From positions 1 through 25,900 of the IMG/VR virus record IMGVR_UViG_3300020045_010576: DNA of 25,900 nucleotides; one strand, written 5' to 3'. A program made the position numbers and the translations under genes. The notes under the pieces are model-generated. The model saw nothing but the letters and a program-made list of their open reading frames with translations, did no database searches and was not told the DNA's origin. Positions 7,997-17,597 of this stretch are shown one piece after another. Within the stretch, counting starts at the first letter, position 1, and every line of letters starts with the position of its first letter. The DNA comes from a virus. Lineage: Duplodnaviria > Caudoviricetes.

Positions 7997-9958
7997 TTAT
8001 GCCGATTTTTTAAGGATTTCACATAAATTAGCGATACGCTCCGATTTCTTGATTAGATTTGGAGCAACATCATTCAAGATGAATTCAATCTCTTTGGACG
8101 CATCTATAAGACCACGAACGTAATAACCACGGCATTTAATATACGCAGGTTTCGCAACGTGTTCCAAGTGTTCTAAATCCAAGGCGTTTAACAGTTTGTT
8201 ATCTGCTGCTGGTAAAACTGGAGCTAGTTTTTCAGCCTCGGCCTGTCCAAGAATTGAGTTTTTAGGAATCGGATTCATACTTCCAGATTGAGGACCTACT
8301 GAATTAGGGTTGCTGGCAGGTATGTTTGATACAGGCATTTCAGTTATAGTGTTTGCAGGCGTTGCAATTGGCTCTGTATTGCTTATTTCCGATAATTGAG
8401 TTAAAGCAACCAATTTAGCCTTCAAATCAGCAATTTCCTTGTCTTTTCCCGCTTGTATCGCTAATTCAGCATCCAAAGCCTGTTTTACCGTTCTTCCACT
8501 TTCCACTATAACTTTAAAATCTTCATCCGTGGCAGTTTCAACTTGTGAAGGCGTGCAGTAAGCTGTTCCAATGCTGTAAATTGTGCCGTTAAAAGTAAAT
8601 GGAACCGCAAACAATTCATCAGTTCGAAGTTTAATTTTAGCTAATTTTGCACGCTGTTCAGCTTGTTCACGCAACAATTCTGCATTTTCCCAAGACGAAA
8701 TAATTATTTTTTGTTCATCATACGGATCACGGGTTAATTTTGCAATTGGCTGCAATGCGTTTTTCAACATCGATTTAAACGTGTTGAGGTATTTTGTGGC
8801 AGTAGCTTCGATTCCTGCAGAACCATCGATAGCAGTCGAGGCTTTCAATAATGTTGCTGCTGTTTTTTTAGCCAACTCATACGTTTTTTTGTCCGTAATC
8901 TGAATAACAGGATTCGCCTTAACAATAGCTAATTGAGATTCGTTCAGCCCTTGCAACTCTGAAATTCGTTCAGGCGTTAATGTTTCGAAAACCTGCAATG
9001 AAATTGGTTTTTTGGCCGGTGTTTTCGGTAAATCGAATTCGGCAACCAGTACAGATGATTTTACGGTTTCGTTTAAAACAATTTCAATACCCATAACCTC
9101 GATTGATTCAACCGGAATTGCTGTTTGACCGTCATCACGAACCTCTAAATTTATTACCTCTTCGTCGAAAGATTCTTTAATAATTTTTTCATTCATTTTT
9201 TCTGCATTTTTAGGATTAATAATTTTTTGTTTTTCGTTTTCTCTATTTTGAATAAGTTCATCAATTGAAATCTTGTCACGTTGGCAAACTTTTAACCAAT
9301 CAGTTAGATTATAAACACTTGCTTTTTCTCCGTTGGCAACGTTATAATCATTCAATCGTGAAATTTGAATGTAATCGTGTGCAGGGAATTTATCGGACAA
9401 ATCCATAAAATCTTGATGCTTCAATGAGTAATCAGTTTTTACGGTTTCTGAAATTATTCCAAGGTCAACCAATCCGAGTTTCATCGTTTCAATAAAGTTT
9501 TTGAAAGCCTGTAAATTCGAATCATCGCCTCCGAGGTCAAGAATATTAATTTCATGCCATTTTCCACCGTAATCCACGAGAACAATAGTTTGATTGGTAA
9601 TTCCTGATTTTAACAGGTTAGCACATTGGCATTTCGTACCCTGAAAATTGACTTCAATAGTTTCATTTGAAACCGTGAATGATTTGGGTTTTGATAGTTT
9701 TGACATATTTTTGAGTTTTAAGTTGTTATATTCGATTAAATCTGATTTTATGTGCGATAATATTCTGAAATTTACAGACATATTTGAAGGTGTTTTTTCA
9801 TAAATATCAATGATATTAAATAAAAATTTTTCGTTTTTATCTTTAACAGAAAAAATAATCAAATCACCTACAACATCTTCATTGAAGTATAAATAAGGTG
9901 TTTTATTACCTTCATTCAACATTTCAATTAGCTGATTTATTTTTTTTTGGTATTTCAT
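7997..9958 (-). CDS. Large phage coiled-coil protein (DUF1351-like core), copy B
   Basis: 653 aa; shares the core with 680-2464 but has a different N-terminal ~225 aa. Possible internal start at 9706. Confidence 0.75.
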   Translation of the reverse strand: MKYQKKINQLIEMLNEGNKTPYLYFNEDVVGDLIIFSVKDKNEKFLFNIIDIYEKTPSNMSVNFRILSHIKSDLIEYNNLKLKNMSKLSKPKSFTVSNETIEVNFQGTKCQCANLLKSGITNQTIVLVDYGGKWHEINILDLGGDDSNLQAFKNFIETMKLGLVDLGIISETVKTDYSLKHQDFMDLSDKFPAHDYIQISRLNDYNVANGEKASVYNLTDWLKVCQRDKISIDELIQNRENEKQKIINPKNAEKMNEKIIKESFDEEVINLEVRDDGQTAIPVESIEVMGIEIVLNETVKSSVLVAEFDLPKTPAKKPISLQVFETLTPERISELQGLNESQLAIVKANPVIQITDKKTYELAKKTAATLLKASTAIDGSAGIEATATKYLNTFKSMLKNALQPIAKLTRDPYDEQKIIISSWENAELLREQAEQRAKLAKIKLRTDELFAVPFTFNGTIYSIGTAYCTPSQVETATDEDFKVIVESGRTVKQALDAELAIQAGKDKEIADLKAKLVALTQLSEISNTEPIATPANTITEMPVSNIPASNPNSVGPQSGSMNPIPKNSILGQAEAEKLAPVLPAADNKLLNALDLEHLEHVAKPAYIKCRGYYVRGLIDASKEIEFILNDVAPNLIKKSERIANLCEILKKSA

Positions 9959-9995
9959 TACGCAAATATAAACATTAAAATCAATTAAACAACTA
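9959..9995 (-). promoter_or_regulatory. Repeated phage promoter, copy 1
   Basis: TAGTTGTTTAA-N13-TTATATTTGCGTA directly abutting the ATG; 31/37 identical to 15453-15489. Confidence 0.8.
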
Positions 9996-10005
9996 ATTTT
10001 TAAAA

Positions 10006-12765
10006 TTAATCGAATAATTCTTTTTGAGTATCACTTATTCCTGGATTTTCAAACTCTCCAAATATCGCTATAGTGTCAATTTTAGTGGCGTTTGATTTTA
10101 TATGACCTCCAAATGTTGTATTAATTATTTTTTCAGCAGTTTCAACCCTGCGTAAAATAGTATGGTAATTTCTTGAATATGATGTGTTTTCCAAGAATCG
10201 TTTTATCTTTTCCGAGTTATCTGAAATTACCAAGCAGAATCCAGAAACTTTCATTCCAAGACGTTTCAAAGTTTCGTTGGCTAAATCAGAATTAATACGA
10301 TGTGATTCATCATCTGAAATAACATCGCCACGTGCAATTATGACTAATTCGCCAATGGTTCGCTTAATCCTGCCATAAGAAACAGTTTCGACTTCGGTAT
10401 CGCAACTCATTAAATGGTTGATTAATTTAATTTCGTCACGGGTATCATTTGCAAGTTTTTCCTCTGATAAATCCTGATCAACCATCCATTTCATTGCATT
10501 ATCCAACGAAATTATACTTTCCGATGTAAGACTATAATAAGCCGCTAAAAGTATCCCTAATTGATCTCCCGTACGTTGATTATTCAACACTATTGCGACT
10601 GCATTCGAAAACACTTTAGCATTCGTTAATATTGTAGGCAAAAGCCACACAGAACGGCTTTGAAACGCTTGTACGTATTCCTCGGTTACAGTTTCGAAAT
10701 AAATTTTCAAAGTTTCTGTCCAACGTTGTTTTTTATCTTCGGACAAATCAGGCTTGATTTCCAAAACCGTAATTCTCGATTGGTCAGAACGTTGATGTAT
10801 CGCTGCTCCGATACTGGAAAAAGCAAAACACGAACGTATATTGAATTCAGTTGCAGCACCTCCAGCCGTTCCTTTAATGATTTTTCCACCGTCCGAGGTA
10901 CTGGAAGCTCTCATGATATTCAAAACAGCCTGCATTCTTTCTGCTGATTTTTTATCTTCTGATTCTGCTTCATCAAAAATAACTGGCAAAGCATCGGCAC
11001 GTAAAAATTGTCTTATACCCGCTTCGGTTGTTTCGGATTGGGCATCGACAAACATTTCACGCATAAAATTTTTAACGAACATTTTTATAATCTCGGACTT
11101 TCCAGAGCCAGAAGCTCCAGTAAGCCATAAATGAGGCCTCCAATTCAATGCACCGCAAAGAGGTGCAATTACTATCCAGCCAGCCAGTAATTTTGCCTCC
11201 AAAGGTCGTGACCAGTTCAAACGGTTTAACATCTGAACTAATTTATATGCTTCGTGTTTTTTTAATGGAGAACATAGGTTAAAACCGAGTTCTTTTCCAG
11301 CCTCATAAATATATCGTGATTTATGGTCTGAAAATCTTTTCGCAACTCCGTCAACAATCAAATGACTTCCGCAATGAATTACGGGTGATTTTTTGTCCAT
11401 CCACGCCCCACGCCCACGAATCATATTATTATCGAAAATTCCAAGTTTTGAGCAAATCGAAATCAATGTATCGGTAATTCTTGAAATATCGAATTTTACA
11501 CCTCCCGAACGTCCATCCTTCGAATAATTTCCCTCCCAATAATTTAGTGGTGCGAGTTGTAAAATTGTGGAACCTGAAAAACTTGATGAAGTAAAACGAA
11601 TAACTGAATTTGTACGATAATTGAAAAATACGTAAATTGTACCTCCGTTGTTTTCATGACCAAGACATTTGAAATATGGATTTTTCGGCACGTTATCCAC
11701 TTCATTTTCTTCGGGCGGTTCAGGACTGAAAATAGGCGGTATAATTTCAATAGGATCGAGAATAACAGGTTCAGTTTTAACTACCTCTGGAATCTCATTT
11801 GGAGCGTGTTCTGAAACCGTTGGCACATCGGATTTATTTGCCTGTAAGTATTCCAATGCCTGTTCATGTGTCCAAACAGCGTCAGCAACATCCCATTTTT
11901 TTGGAAATTCAGGACTGTTTTTTATTTGTTTGAAACTAGCTTCGAACATTTCAGAAATTCCTTTGATACGTCTGTATTTTTGAGTTTTTTCATTGTAAGA
12001 CCAACCGCCAAACATCGCATGTAATCCTGGAATATCGTTATCTGCCCAGCAAAATATTTTCCGCCCGTGTAATGGTGTCCAATCGGCATTTTTCATACCA
12101 TCCGCACCGCCTATCCAAGTTGTGACCACGTATTTAGGAAACAATAATTTGGCTGCATCGGCTGTTTTTTCGCCTTCAACTAATAAAATTATTGCTGTTG
12201 GACGTGAAATTATTTCAGGTAAGTTATATAGTAAACGAGGTGTGTCGAGTCCACGCCACGCCCATTTAGCTGTTTTGCCGTTGGTTTTGTAGGTATATGG
12301 AATTACGTCTTTTTTACCTTCTGGCAATTCGAATCTGCAAACGAACGAAACTACATTTCCGTTTTTGTCGTAATACGTCCAAGCGTTTGATGGATTTCCA
12401 TAATCTTTGAAAGTTAGTGTTAATGGATTTGGTAAATTATTCTGGTCTGGAATTGCATTTACCCAAATTGGTTCTTGAATTTTCGGTGCAGTTTCAGCAA
12501 TTGAAATAATGGATTTATCTTGAATTAATTTCATTGCTTCGGGTTTCGTGTACCCTTGCAATTCAAAGAAATCAACAACATCACCACCAGCACCACAAGC
12601 AAAGCACTTGAATTTTTGTTTAACAGGATTGACTTTCAAAGAGGCGTGATTGTCAGAATGAAAAATACAATTCCCAACCATTTCCGGACCTTGCTTTTTC
12701 AAATGTATATGTTGCCCAATTACCTCCTCAATTCGATAGTTTTGTTTAATTTCTTGGATATTCAT
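10006..12765 (-). CDS. DNA primase-helicase (CHC2 zinc finger, TOPRIM, P-loop NTPase)
   Basis: CIFH...CFAC zinc finger; VEGEKTA and ADNDIPG TOPRIM motifs; GASGSGKS Walker A; IFDEAE Walker B. Confidence 0.92.
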   Translation of the reverse strand: MNIQEIKQNYRIEEVIGQHIHLKKQGPEMVGNCIFHSDNHASLKVNPVKQKFKCFACGAGGDVVDFFELQGYTKPEAMKLIQDKSIISIAETAPKIQEPIWVNAIPDQNNLPNPLTLTFKDYGNPSNAWTYYDKNGNVVSFVCRFELPEGKKDVIPYTYKTNGKTAKWAWRGLDTPRLLYNLPEIISRPTAIILLVEGEKTADAAKLLFPKYVVTTWIGGADGMKNADWTPLHGRKIFCWADNDIPGLHAMFGGWSYNEKTQKYRRIKGISEMFEASFKQIKNSPEFPKKWDVADAVWTHEQALEYLQANKSDVPTVSEHAPNEIPEVVKTEPVILDPIEIIPPIFSPEPPEENEVDNVPKNPYFKCLGHENNGGTIYVFFNYRTNSVIRFTSSSFSGSTILQLAPLNYWEGNYSKDGRSGGVKFDISRITDTLISICSKLGIFDNNMIRGRGAWMDKKSPVIHCGSHLIVDGVAKRFSDHKSRYIYEAGKELGFNLCSPLKKHEAYKLVQMLNRLNWSRPLEAKLLAGWIVIAPLCGALNWRPHLWLTGASGSGKSEIIKMFVKNFMREMFVDAQSETTEAGIRQFLRADALPVIFDEAESEDKKSAERMQAVLNIMRASSTSDGGKIIKGTAGGAATEFNIRSCFAFSSIGAAIHQRSDQSRITVLEIKPDLSEDKKQRWTETLKIYFETVTEEYVQAFQSRSVWLLPTILTNAKVFSNAVAIVLNNQRTGDQLGILLAAYYSLTSESIISLDNAMKWMVDQDLSEEKLANDTRDEIKLINHLMSCDTEVETVSYGRIKRTIGELVIIARGDVISDDESHRINSDLANETLKRLGMKVSGFCLVISDNSEKIKRFLENTSYSRNYHTILRRVETAEKIINTTFGGHIKSNATKIDTIAIFGEFENPGISDTQKELFD

Positions 12766-12851
12766 TTGATAAGTTTTGGAAGTTTTGGCAGGACGGTAAA
12801 TTTAGGTTAAAAAATAATACGATTAAGTTTTTAATTTTAACCGTATTAAAA

Positions 12852-13055
12852 TTATTTAATAGCAAACCATCTTCTAACTAAATAACCACGAATAATTGAT
12901 ACAACAAAAAATACCGTAGTGATTATTAAATTTTGTGAAAAAGTTACAGGAATACCCATTATAGGATACAAAATAACTTGAATTAAAACAGAAGTTACTA
13001 AACCGATAATTGTTTGAGTTATCGATTCGATTATTGAATTTTTTCTAGTTTGCAT
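12852..13055 (-). CDS. Conserved small two-TM phage membrane protein
   Basis: MQTRKNSIIES...SIIRGYLVRRWF, a recurrent phage family with two hydrophobic helices. Confidence 0.8.
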   Translation of the reverse strand: MQTRKNSIIESITQTIIGLVTSVLIQVILYPIMGIPVTFSQNLIITTVFFVVSIIRGYLVRRWFAIK

Positions 13056-13796
13056 TTACTGTTTTAATTTAAAAAGTTTTTCAATTGAATTTTTATTACC
13101 TCCAATTTTACCGTTAGCAGATAACGAAGATTTAACTTCTTTTTTCCAAATACAATCAAAACCATCCGGAGCATTATATTCTGAAATAAACACATCGTGC
13201 CCTTCAGTAGATAATTTTCGTGCATAATCCCAAAATTCTAAATGATTAAATCCCTTTGAAGTTGAATATTGTTTTGTATTCTCATAAGGAATGTCGCAAT
13301 AAACAATACTGTTTTCAGGAATTAACACTTCTTTATAGTGCAAATCATAAAATTCAATTCCGTTTAATTTTGGTATCTGTTTTTCAATATTGCTTATTGC
13401 TTCTTTGATATAATCACGAACAGTTCCTATTTTAGTATTTGATTTTCCTGAATATCCTCCATCAAAAAATCTTCCATTAGCAGAACCCATCCATCCTACC
13501 CAACCAATCATAAAATCATTAAATTCAATGTTCGTGCCGTTGTTATATTCAGTTCTTACTTTATCATAAAGTTCTTTTGATATTTCAAACGGTCTATTAT
13601 TTCCGTTTTGTAAACCTTTAAACATTTCAATAAGGTATTTGTTTTTGTCGTTAGCAATTCTGTTTCCGTCTACCAATGAAACAACATTAGCACCTCCTGT
13701 AAATAAATCAACAAAATATTGATTTGGCAATCTGTTCTCTAAAATTATCGGCAAAATATCCTTGATAAACCTTGCCTTACTCCCCATATATTTCAT
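13056..13796 (-). CDS. D12-class (Dam-like) N6-adenine DNA methyltransferase
   Basis: YMGSK N-terminus, DLFTGGANV SAM-binding motif, VYCDIPY catalytic motif. Confidence 0.88.
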   Translation of the reverse strand: MKYMGSKARFIKDILPIILENRLPNQYFVDLFTGGANVVSLVDGNRIANDKNKYLIEMFKGLQNGNNRPFEISKELYDKVRTEYNNGTNIEFNDFMIGWVGWMGSANGRFFDGGYSGKSNTKIGTVRDYIKEAISNIEKQIPKLNGIEFYDLHYKEVLIPENSIVYCDIPYENTKQYSTSKGFNHLEFWDYARKLSTEGHDVFISEYNAPDGFDCIWKKEVKSSLSANGKIGGNKNSIEKLFKLKQ

Positions 13797-13798
13797 AA

Positions 13799-14203
13799 TT
13801 AAATTGGTATATTATTTTCATCTCTACAAATTACCCCCTTACCTCCTAATTTATTAACCATTTCAAGAAAATTAATTTGATTTTCCTGAACACGTCCACC
13901 TATTAATTTCGCTTCGATAGCCACGAAAACAGCTATTTCAGTACCTACCATTTCTGAAGTAATTTTAATCGCCTTCAAACCAATAAGGTCTGAACTACCT
14001 GGGCATAAACCAGCATCGAAATAACGGGCTTGTTGTACTAAAACGTCGCCTGCTTTAACATTTACTGTTTGCGGGTGTGAAAATTTCTTTGAAGCTCCAA
14101 TCCAGCACTTGCCAGAATTATTCCTAAATATCCTGATTGCTGGATTTTTTCCAAGTTCGAGCATAATTTTTCGGACTAGGTTTGTTTCTTGACTATTTGA
14201 CAT
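13799..14203 (-). CDS. VRR-NUC domain nuclease (putative resolvase)
   Basis: FRNNSG, GSSDLIG, FVAIEAK and Q..FL..V...GG motifs; likely start is the ATG at 14203. Confidence 0.85.
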   Translation of the reverse strand: MSNSQETNLVRKIMLELGKNPAIRIFRNNSGKCWIGASKKFSHPQTVNVKAGDVLVQQARYFDAGLCPGSSDLIGLKAIKITSEMVGTEIAVFVAIEAKLIGGRVQENQINFLEMVNKLGGKGVICRDENNIPI

Positions 14204-14420
14204 TTGAAAAATATTTAGCATTAATATTCCACCAATAAGAATGTCCTTGCTTTGTTTTTTTAAAAACAAACGCTCCTCCTAAAATAGAATCGCTATGTGT
14301 GAAATCAGATAAAACACACATTCCTTCAAAAGCGTATTTCCTAATAGCTTCCATCGCTTGCAAACGTTTCTGAAGCGGTAATTTTTGAAGATGCTCCCTT
14401 CTGGTTAAAATTTTACTCAT
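14193..14420 (-). CDS. Hypothetical protein
   Basis: 75 aa in a tightly packed operon; AFVFKKTKQGHSYW resembles a recurrent phage motif. Confidence 0.7.
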   Translation of the reverse strand: MSKILTRREHLQKLPLQKRLQAMEAIRKYAFEGMCVLSDFTHSDSILGGAFVFKKTKQGHSYWWNINAKYFSNVK

Positions 14421-14441
14421 AATTTTTGATTTTTTTTTGAT

Positions 14442-14873
14442 TTAAAACGGTGTATAATCTTCGTGATTTTTGTCCGTTGTGTTATATTTTTCGATGTTTA
14501 ATTTTAATGTGAGTAACTGGATATTTCCAATTTTATAACCTTCATTGTTTCTAATTCTGTCAACCGTACACCTCATTCCTCGCATTCCTTTCTTTACGAT
14601 ATATCCGGTATCTAAACACCATTCACGAAACTCAATTAACGTGATTTCGAATGAAATTCCACGCCTTAAAGCATTTCCTTTGAAGTTCACATAACGGTCA
14701 TAAACAGGGTCTTTGATTCGTCTGTGTATTGCGTAATGCTTGTGGCACAAACCGACTTTCTTTTTATTTGGAGCCGATTTACAACTATAAGCGCAACATT
14801 CTTTTCCTGCTTTGCGTTTAGCTTCAGAAATCTTGAATTCAAGTTTTTTAGGAGTGAAAATTATGTCTGTCAT
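14442..14873 (-). CDS. Zinc-finger plus HNH-like (DRIxN..GY...N) protein
   Basis: CCAYSC...LCHKHY and TVDRIRNNEGYKIGNIQLLTLKLN. Confidence 0.7.
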   Translation of the reverse strand: MTDIIFTPKKLEFKISEAKRKAGKECCAYSCKSAPNKKKVGLCHKHYAIHRRIKDPVYDRYVNFKGNALRRGISFEITLIEFREWCLDTGYIVKKGMRGMRCTVDRIRNNEGYKIGNIQLLTLKLNIEKYNTTDKNHEDYTPF

Positions 14874-15115
14874 AAGTTCGTTTTTTTAAAATCTTCGAGA
14901 GGCTCTTGAATTTCAGGAACATTCATTTTACTTTCCAAAGTTATTTCAGAAATTTTGCCTTCAAAATACAAGATTTGATGAATTAGATCTTCTTGCTCTT
15001 TGGTCAATGTTATGTGTCCTAGTTTCTGACAAACAAAACCTTCTTTTCGTATTATTTCACTAACAACTTCATAAGTTACGCCAGATTCTTTAGCTACCTG
15101 TGAAATTTTTTTCAT
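14870..15115 (-). CDS. Putative HTH DNA-binding protein
   Basis: ISQVAKESGVTYEVVSEII is HTH-like. Confidence 0.6.
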   Translation of the reverse strand: MKKISQVAKESGVTYEVVSEIIRKEGFVCQKLGHITLTKEQEDLIHQILYFEGKISEITLESKMNVPEIQEPLEDFKKTNL

Positions 15116-15192
15116 TAGTAACGGAAAATGTTTTTTTGGTTTCCGAATAATTTTTTAGAAATCCAATCGTATATTTTGTTGAATGTTTTCAT
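15115..15192 (-). CDS. 25 aa micropeptide
   Basis: MKTFNKIYDWISKKLFGNQKNIFRY, with an A-rich leader and TAATG coupling to the next gene. Confidence 0.5.
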   Translation of the reverse strand: MKTFNKIYDWISKKLFGNQKNIFRY

Positions 15193-15203
15193 TTTATTTA
15201 GTT

Positions 15204-15431
15204 TTATAGATTAAAATATTTTTTAAAATTTTCCACGTCTTCGGTTTCTGATGAAATCAAAAGTTTTTCATTTCCGTTTCTTGACATCAAAACAATTCCG
15301 AAGTATTTACCGTTCAAAAAACCAACCAATTGATAGTAATAATCCCAGTAAGTGTCTTTTGATGCTCGAATAATTAAACCGCTAATTTCTGAACTATTTT
15401 TTGCTTTTCCCATTAAATCTTCTGGCGACAT
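15204..15431 (-). CDS. Hypothetical protein
   Basis: 75 aa, first gene after promoter copy 2. Confidence 0.7.
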   Translation of the reverse strand: MSPEDLMGKAKNSSEISGLIIRASKDTYWDYYYQLVGFLNGKYFGIVLMSRNGNEKLLISSETEDVENFKKYFNL

Positions 15432-15452
15432 AATTTTTTTCTTTAAAATTTA

Positions 15453-15489
15453 TACGCAAATATAATACTTAAATTTGATTAAACAACTA
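15453..15489 (-). promoter_or_regulatory. Repeated phage promoter, copy 2
   Basis: TAGTTGTTTAATCAAATTTAAGTATTATATTTGCGTA. Confidence 0.8.
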
Positions 15490-15517
15490 TTTGTTTAAAA
15501 TAATTTTTATGATTGTT

Positions 15518-17128
15518 TTAAAAATCTAAATCATCATCAAATTCGCCTGATAATATTGCAGGCATATCAGGACCTTCGTAAAACGCATTCATTGGGGCAA
15601 ATTTATCATCAAAATTTAACTCTGATTCCGAGTTTAATTTTTCTTTCGCCAATCGTTCCAGCTCTATTTTTTCAGCTTTCTTTTCACGTGAAGTAAATAT
15701 AGCATTTGCCCAACCCAGTTTATAACCTCTTTCGGCAGCCAATTTTTTTAAATCTTCCAGCGTTTCCGTTTTGCCTTGTTCTTTGCGCTTTTCTTTTTTC
15801 ACAAGCATTTCGGCTGTGATTTCCTGCAAATCGCCTTCAACTTGTTTGGGCGTGGTGTCACGTTTCTTATTAACATGTCCACACATCGGACAAACTGGAG
15901 CAGGTTCGTAAACTGCAAAACAACTTTCGCACATATCAACACGAATTGCAATTTCTTGGTTTTTCTTGCCTCTTTTTTTGGTTTCGCCATCTAATGTCCA
16001 TTCCTGAATATCATACGGTAAACCGTGTCTTTCCGTATTTCCTGCGTGATCCAAAATGAACGCATACGGTTTTTCGCTTGCTGCAATTGCCGCCAAACGC
16101 CCTTCTTTTGTTTCAAGGTCAAAACCCGGTGCGTAAACCGGTCTTAAAACTCGTCCACGTTGTTGAAAGTTCAATCCCTTGCTTTGAGTTGGACGTAATT
16201 CTATTGCTGTTGTGGCTCTTGGAATATCTGTTCCTTCGCCAATCAAGTCACAGGATGTCAAACCATCAACTGAACCATTGGTTAAGCCGTCAATCAATTG
16301 TTTACGCATAACATCGTCAGTATTGCCGTCAATTGAATAAAAGCGAAATCCAGCGTTTCTAAATTCCTCTGCAACGTGTTCAGCGTGAGCAACAGTTACA
16401 CAAAAAACTATTGCTGGCGTTCCTGAACACAATTTCTTATAATGGTCAACAGCCGATCCTGTAATTTTTGGTTTATCAACTAAATTTGAAAGGTCATTTT
16501 TTGCATAATCGCCCATTGAGTTTTTTACACCTGTAAAATCCAATGCTTGAGCAGTTCCGAAAATTCGAGGTCTTACTAAAAATCCTTCGTCCATTAACCA
16601 AGGCATTGAAGGACCTTCAACTAATTCATCGAACATTCCACCGCATTGCCTTCCGAGTCCTTGACCATCTGAACGTATTGGGGTTGCCGTAACTCCTAAA
16701 ACCTTGGATTCTGGAAAATATTCTATAATTTTTCTCCAACTTCCTGCCGTGGCGTGGTGCGCTTCATCAACTACAATTATATCTGGAACCCAATTTACAG
16801 CCGTCAAATAATTCAATCGTTTGATAATAGTCTGCACGCTAGCAACTTGAACATTTGCATTAAAATTAGGCGTGTATTGCGGGTTAATCATTCCGTGGTC
16901 AACATCAAAACGATTTAAGGCATTCGATGTTTGGCGCAATAATTCCACACGATGAACCAATATAAGTACTCGTTTTTTTTTGATAGATGATTGTTGCGCT
17001 ATGTATGTAAAAATTACAGTTTTACCCCCTCCAGTTGGAAGCACAAGTAAAACCGCTTTTATTAATTTTCTGAAACATTCACGAACACCAGCTACACATT
17101 TTGTTTGATAGGTTCGGAGATGTAGCAT
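15518..17128 (-). CDS. SF2 DEAH helicase (RadD/YejH-like) with C-terminal zinc finger
   Basis: LPTGGGKT, DEAHH, TATP, QQRGRVLR and CESC...CPMC. Confidence 0.93.
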   Translation of the reverse strand: MLHLRTYQTKCVAGVRECFRKLIKAVLLVLPTGGGKTVIFTYIAQQSSIKKKRVLILVHRVELLRQTSNALNRFDVDHGMINPQYTPNFNANVQVASVQTIIKRLNYLTAVNWVPDIIVVDEAHHATAGSWRKIIEYFPESKVLGVTATPIRSDGQGLGRQCGGMFDELVEGPSMPWLMDEGFLVRPRIFGTAQALDFTGVKNSMGDYAKNDLSNLVDKPKITGSAVDHYKKLCSGTPAIVFCVTVAHAEHVAEEFRNAGFRFYSIDGNTDDVMRKQLIDGLTNGSVDGLTSCDLIGEGTDIPRATTAIELRPTQSKGLNFQQRGRVLRPVYAPGFDLETKEGRLAAIAASEKPYAFILDHAGNTERHGLPYDIQEWTLDGETKKRGKKNQEIAIRVDMCESCFAVYEPAPVCPMCGHVNKKRDTTPKQVEGDLQEITAEMLVKKEKRKEQGKTETLEDLKKLAAERGYKLGWANAIFTSREKKAEKIELERLAKEKLNSESELNFDDKFAPMNAFYEGPDMPAILSGEFDDDLDF

Positions 17129-17131
17129 AGG

Positions 17132-17287
17132 TTATTTATCCTGAAATGTTTCGAAAAATTTAGCAGTATCATCACATCCTTTCTGATAACCGTCATTGTG
17201 TCCTGCTTGGTAATATTTTCCTATTTTGTAAATCATAGAAAAAATAATTACCACTAATATTGCGATAGTTATGATATATCCGTCCAT
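17132..17287 (-). CDS. 51 aa single-TM protein
   Basis: MDGYIITIAILVVIIFSMIYKIGK...FQDK fills the gap between neighbouring genes. Confidence 0.7.
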   Translation of the reverse strand: MDGYIITIAILVVIIFSMIYKIGKYYQAGHNDGYQKGCDDTAKFFETFQDK

Positions 17288-17289
17288 AA

Positions 17290-17481
17290 TTACTCTTTTT
17301 TACTTAAAATTTCAATCGCCTCATTAATCTTATTTACCGTATCAAACGCATCAGGTTCTTTGCGTGTCCAATTCGAAACCGTCACGACTGGCACTTTTGC
17401 TTCACGAAAAACATCGTAAATATTCAGTCCTAATTCTTCGCATTTTTCACGAATAATTTCAATCTGTTTTTTTGCTCCCAT
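17290..17481 (-). CDS. Small Cro/XRE-like HTH regulator
   Basis: 63 aa; LNIYDVFREAKVPVVTVSNW HTH; first gene of the leftward arm at a divergent promoter. Confidence 0.75.
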   Translation of the reverse strand: MGAKKQIEIIREKCEELGLNIYDVFREAKVPVVTVSNWTRKEPDAFDTVNKINEAIEILSKKE

Positions 17482-17503
17482 TTTTATAATTTTTAATGTT
17501 GAT

Positions 17504-17567
17504 GCAAATATAAGTATTAAATTTAATTAAAAAAGTTTTTTTATTAGAAAATTTAGTTATAGGTTTG
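17504..17567. promoter_or_regulatory. Divergent promoter pair
   Basis: TATATTTG on - (17505-17512, third copy of the repeated promoter) and TAGGTTTG on + (17560-17567). Confidence 0.75.
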
Positions 17568-17597
17568 CGGTAACATAAACATAAAAAATATATCGAA

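Larger units (their letters stand above)
6824..9280 (-). repeat. Right arm of diverged inverted duplication
   Basis: Reverse complement of 1214-3603. Confidence 0.97.

Noticed and set aside
1214-9280. Diversity-generating retroelement (TR/VR pair)
   Set aside because: No reverse transcriptase in the window; the repeat is kilobases long and the differences are largely synonymous, not adenine-specific.
1214-9280. Simple single-template fold-back amplification artefact
   Set aside because: The arms differ by many codon-preserving substitutions and by gene content. A chimera of two related genomes is still possible.
10184-12810. Several short ORFs inside the primase (and similar ones inside the helicase and tail genes)
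   Set aside because: Antisense or off-frame shadows of well-supported genes, with no motifs.
13056-14203. Methylase plus nuclease as a restriction-modification system
   Set aside because: The nuclease is a typical phage VRR-NUC protein associated with SF2 helicase replication modules.
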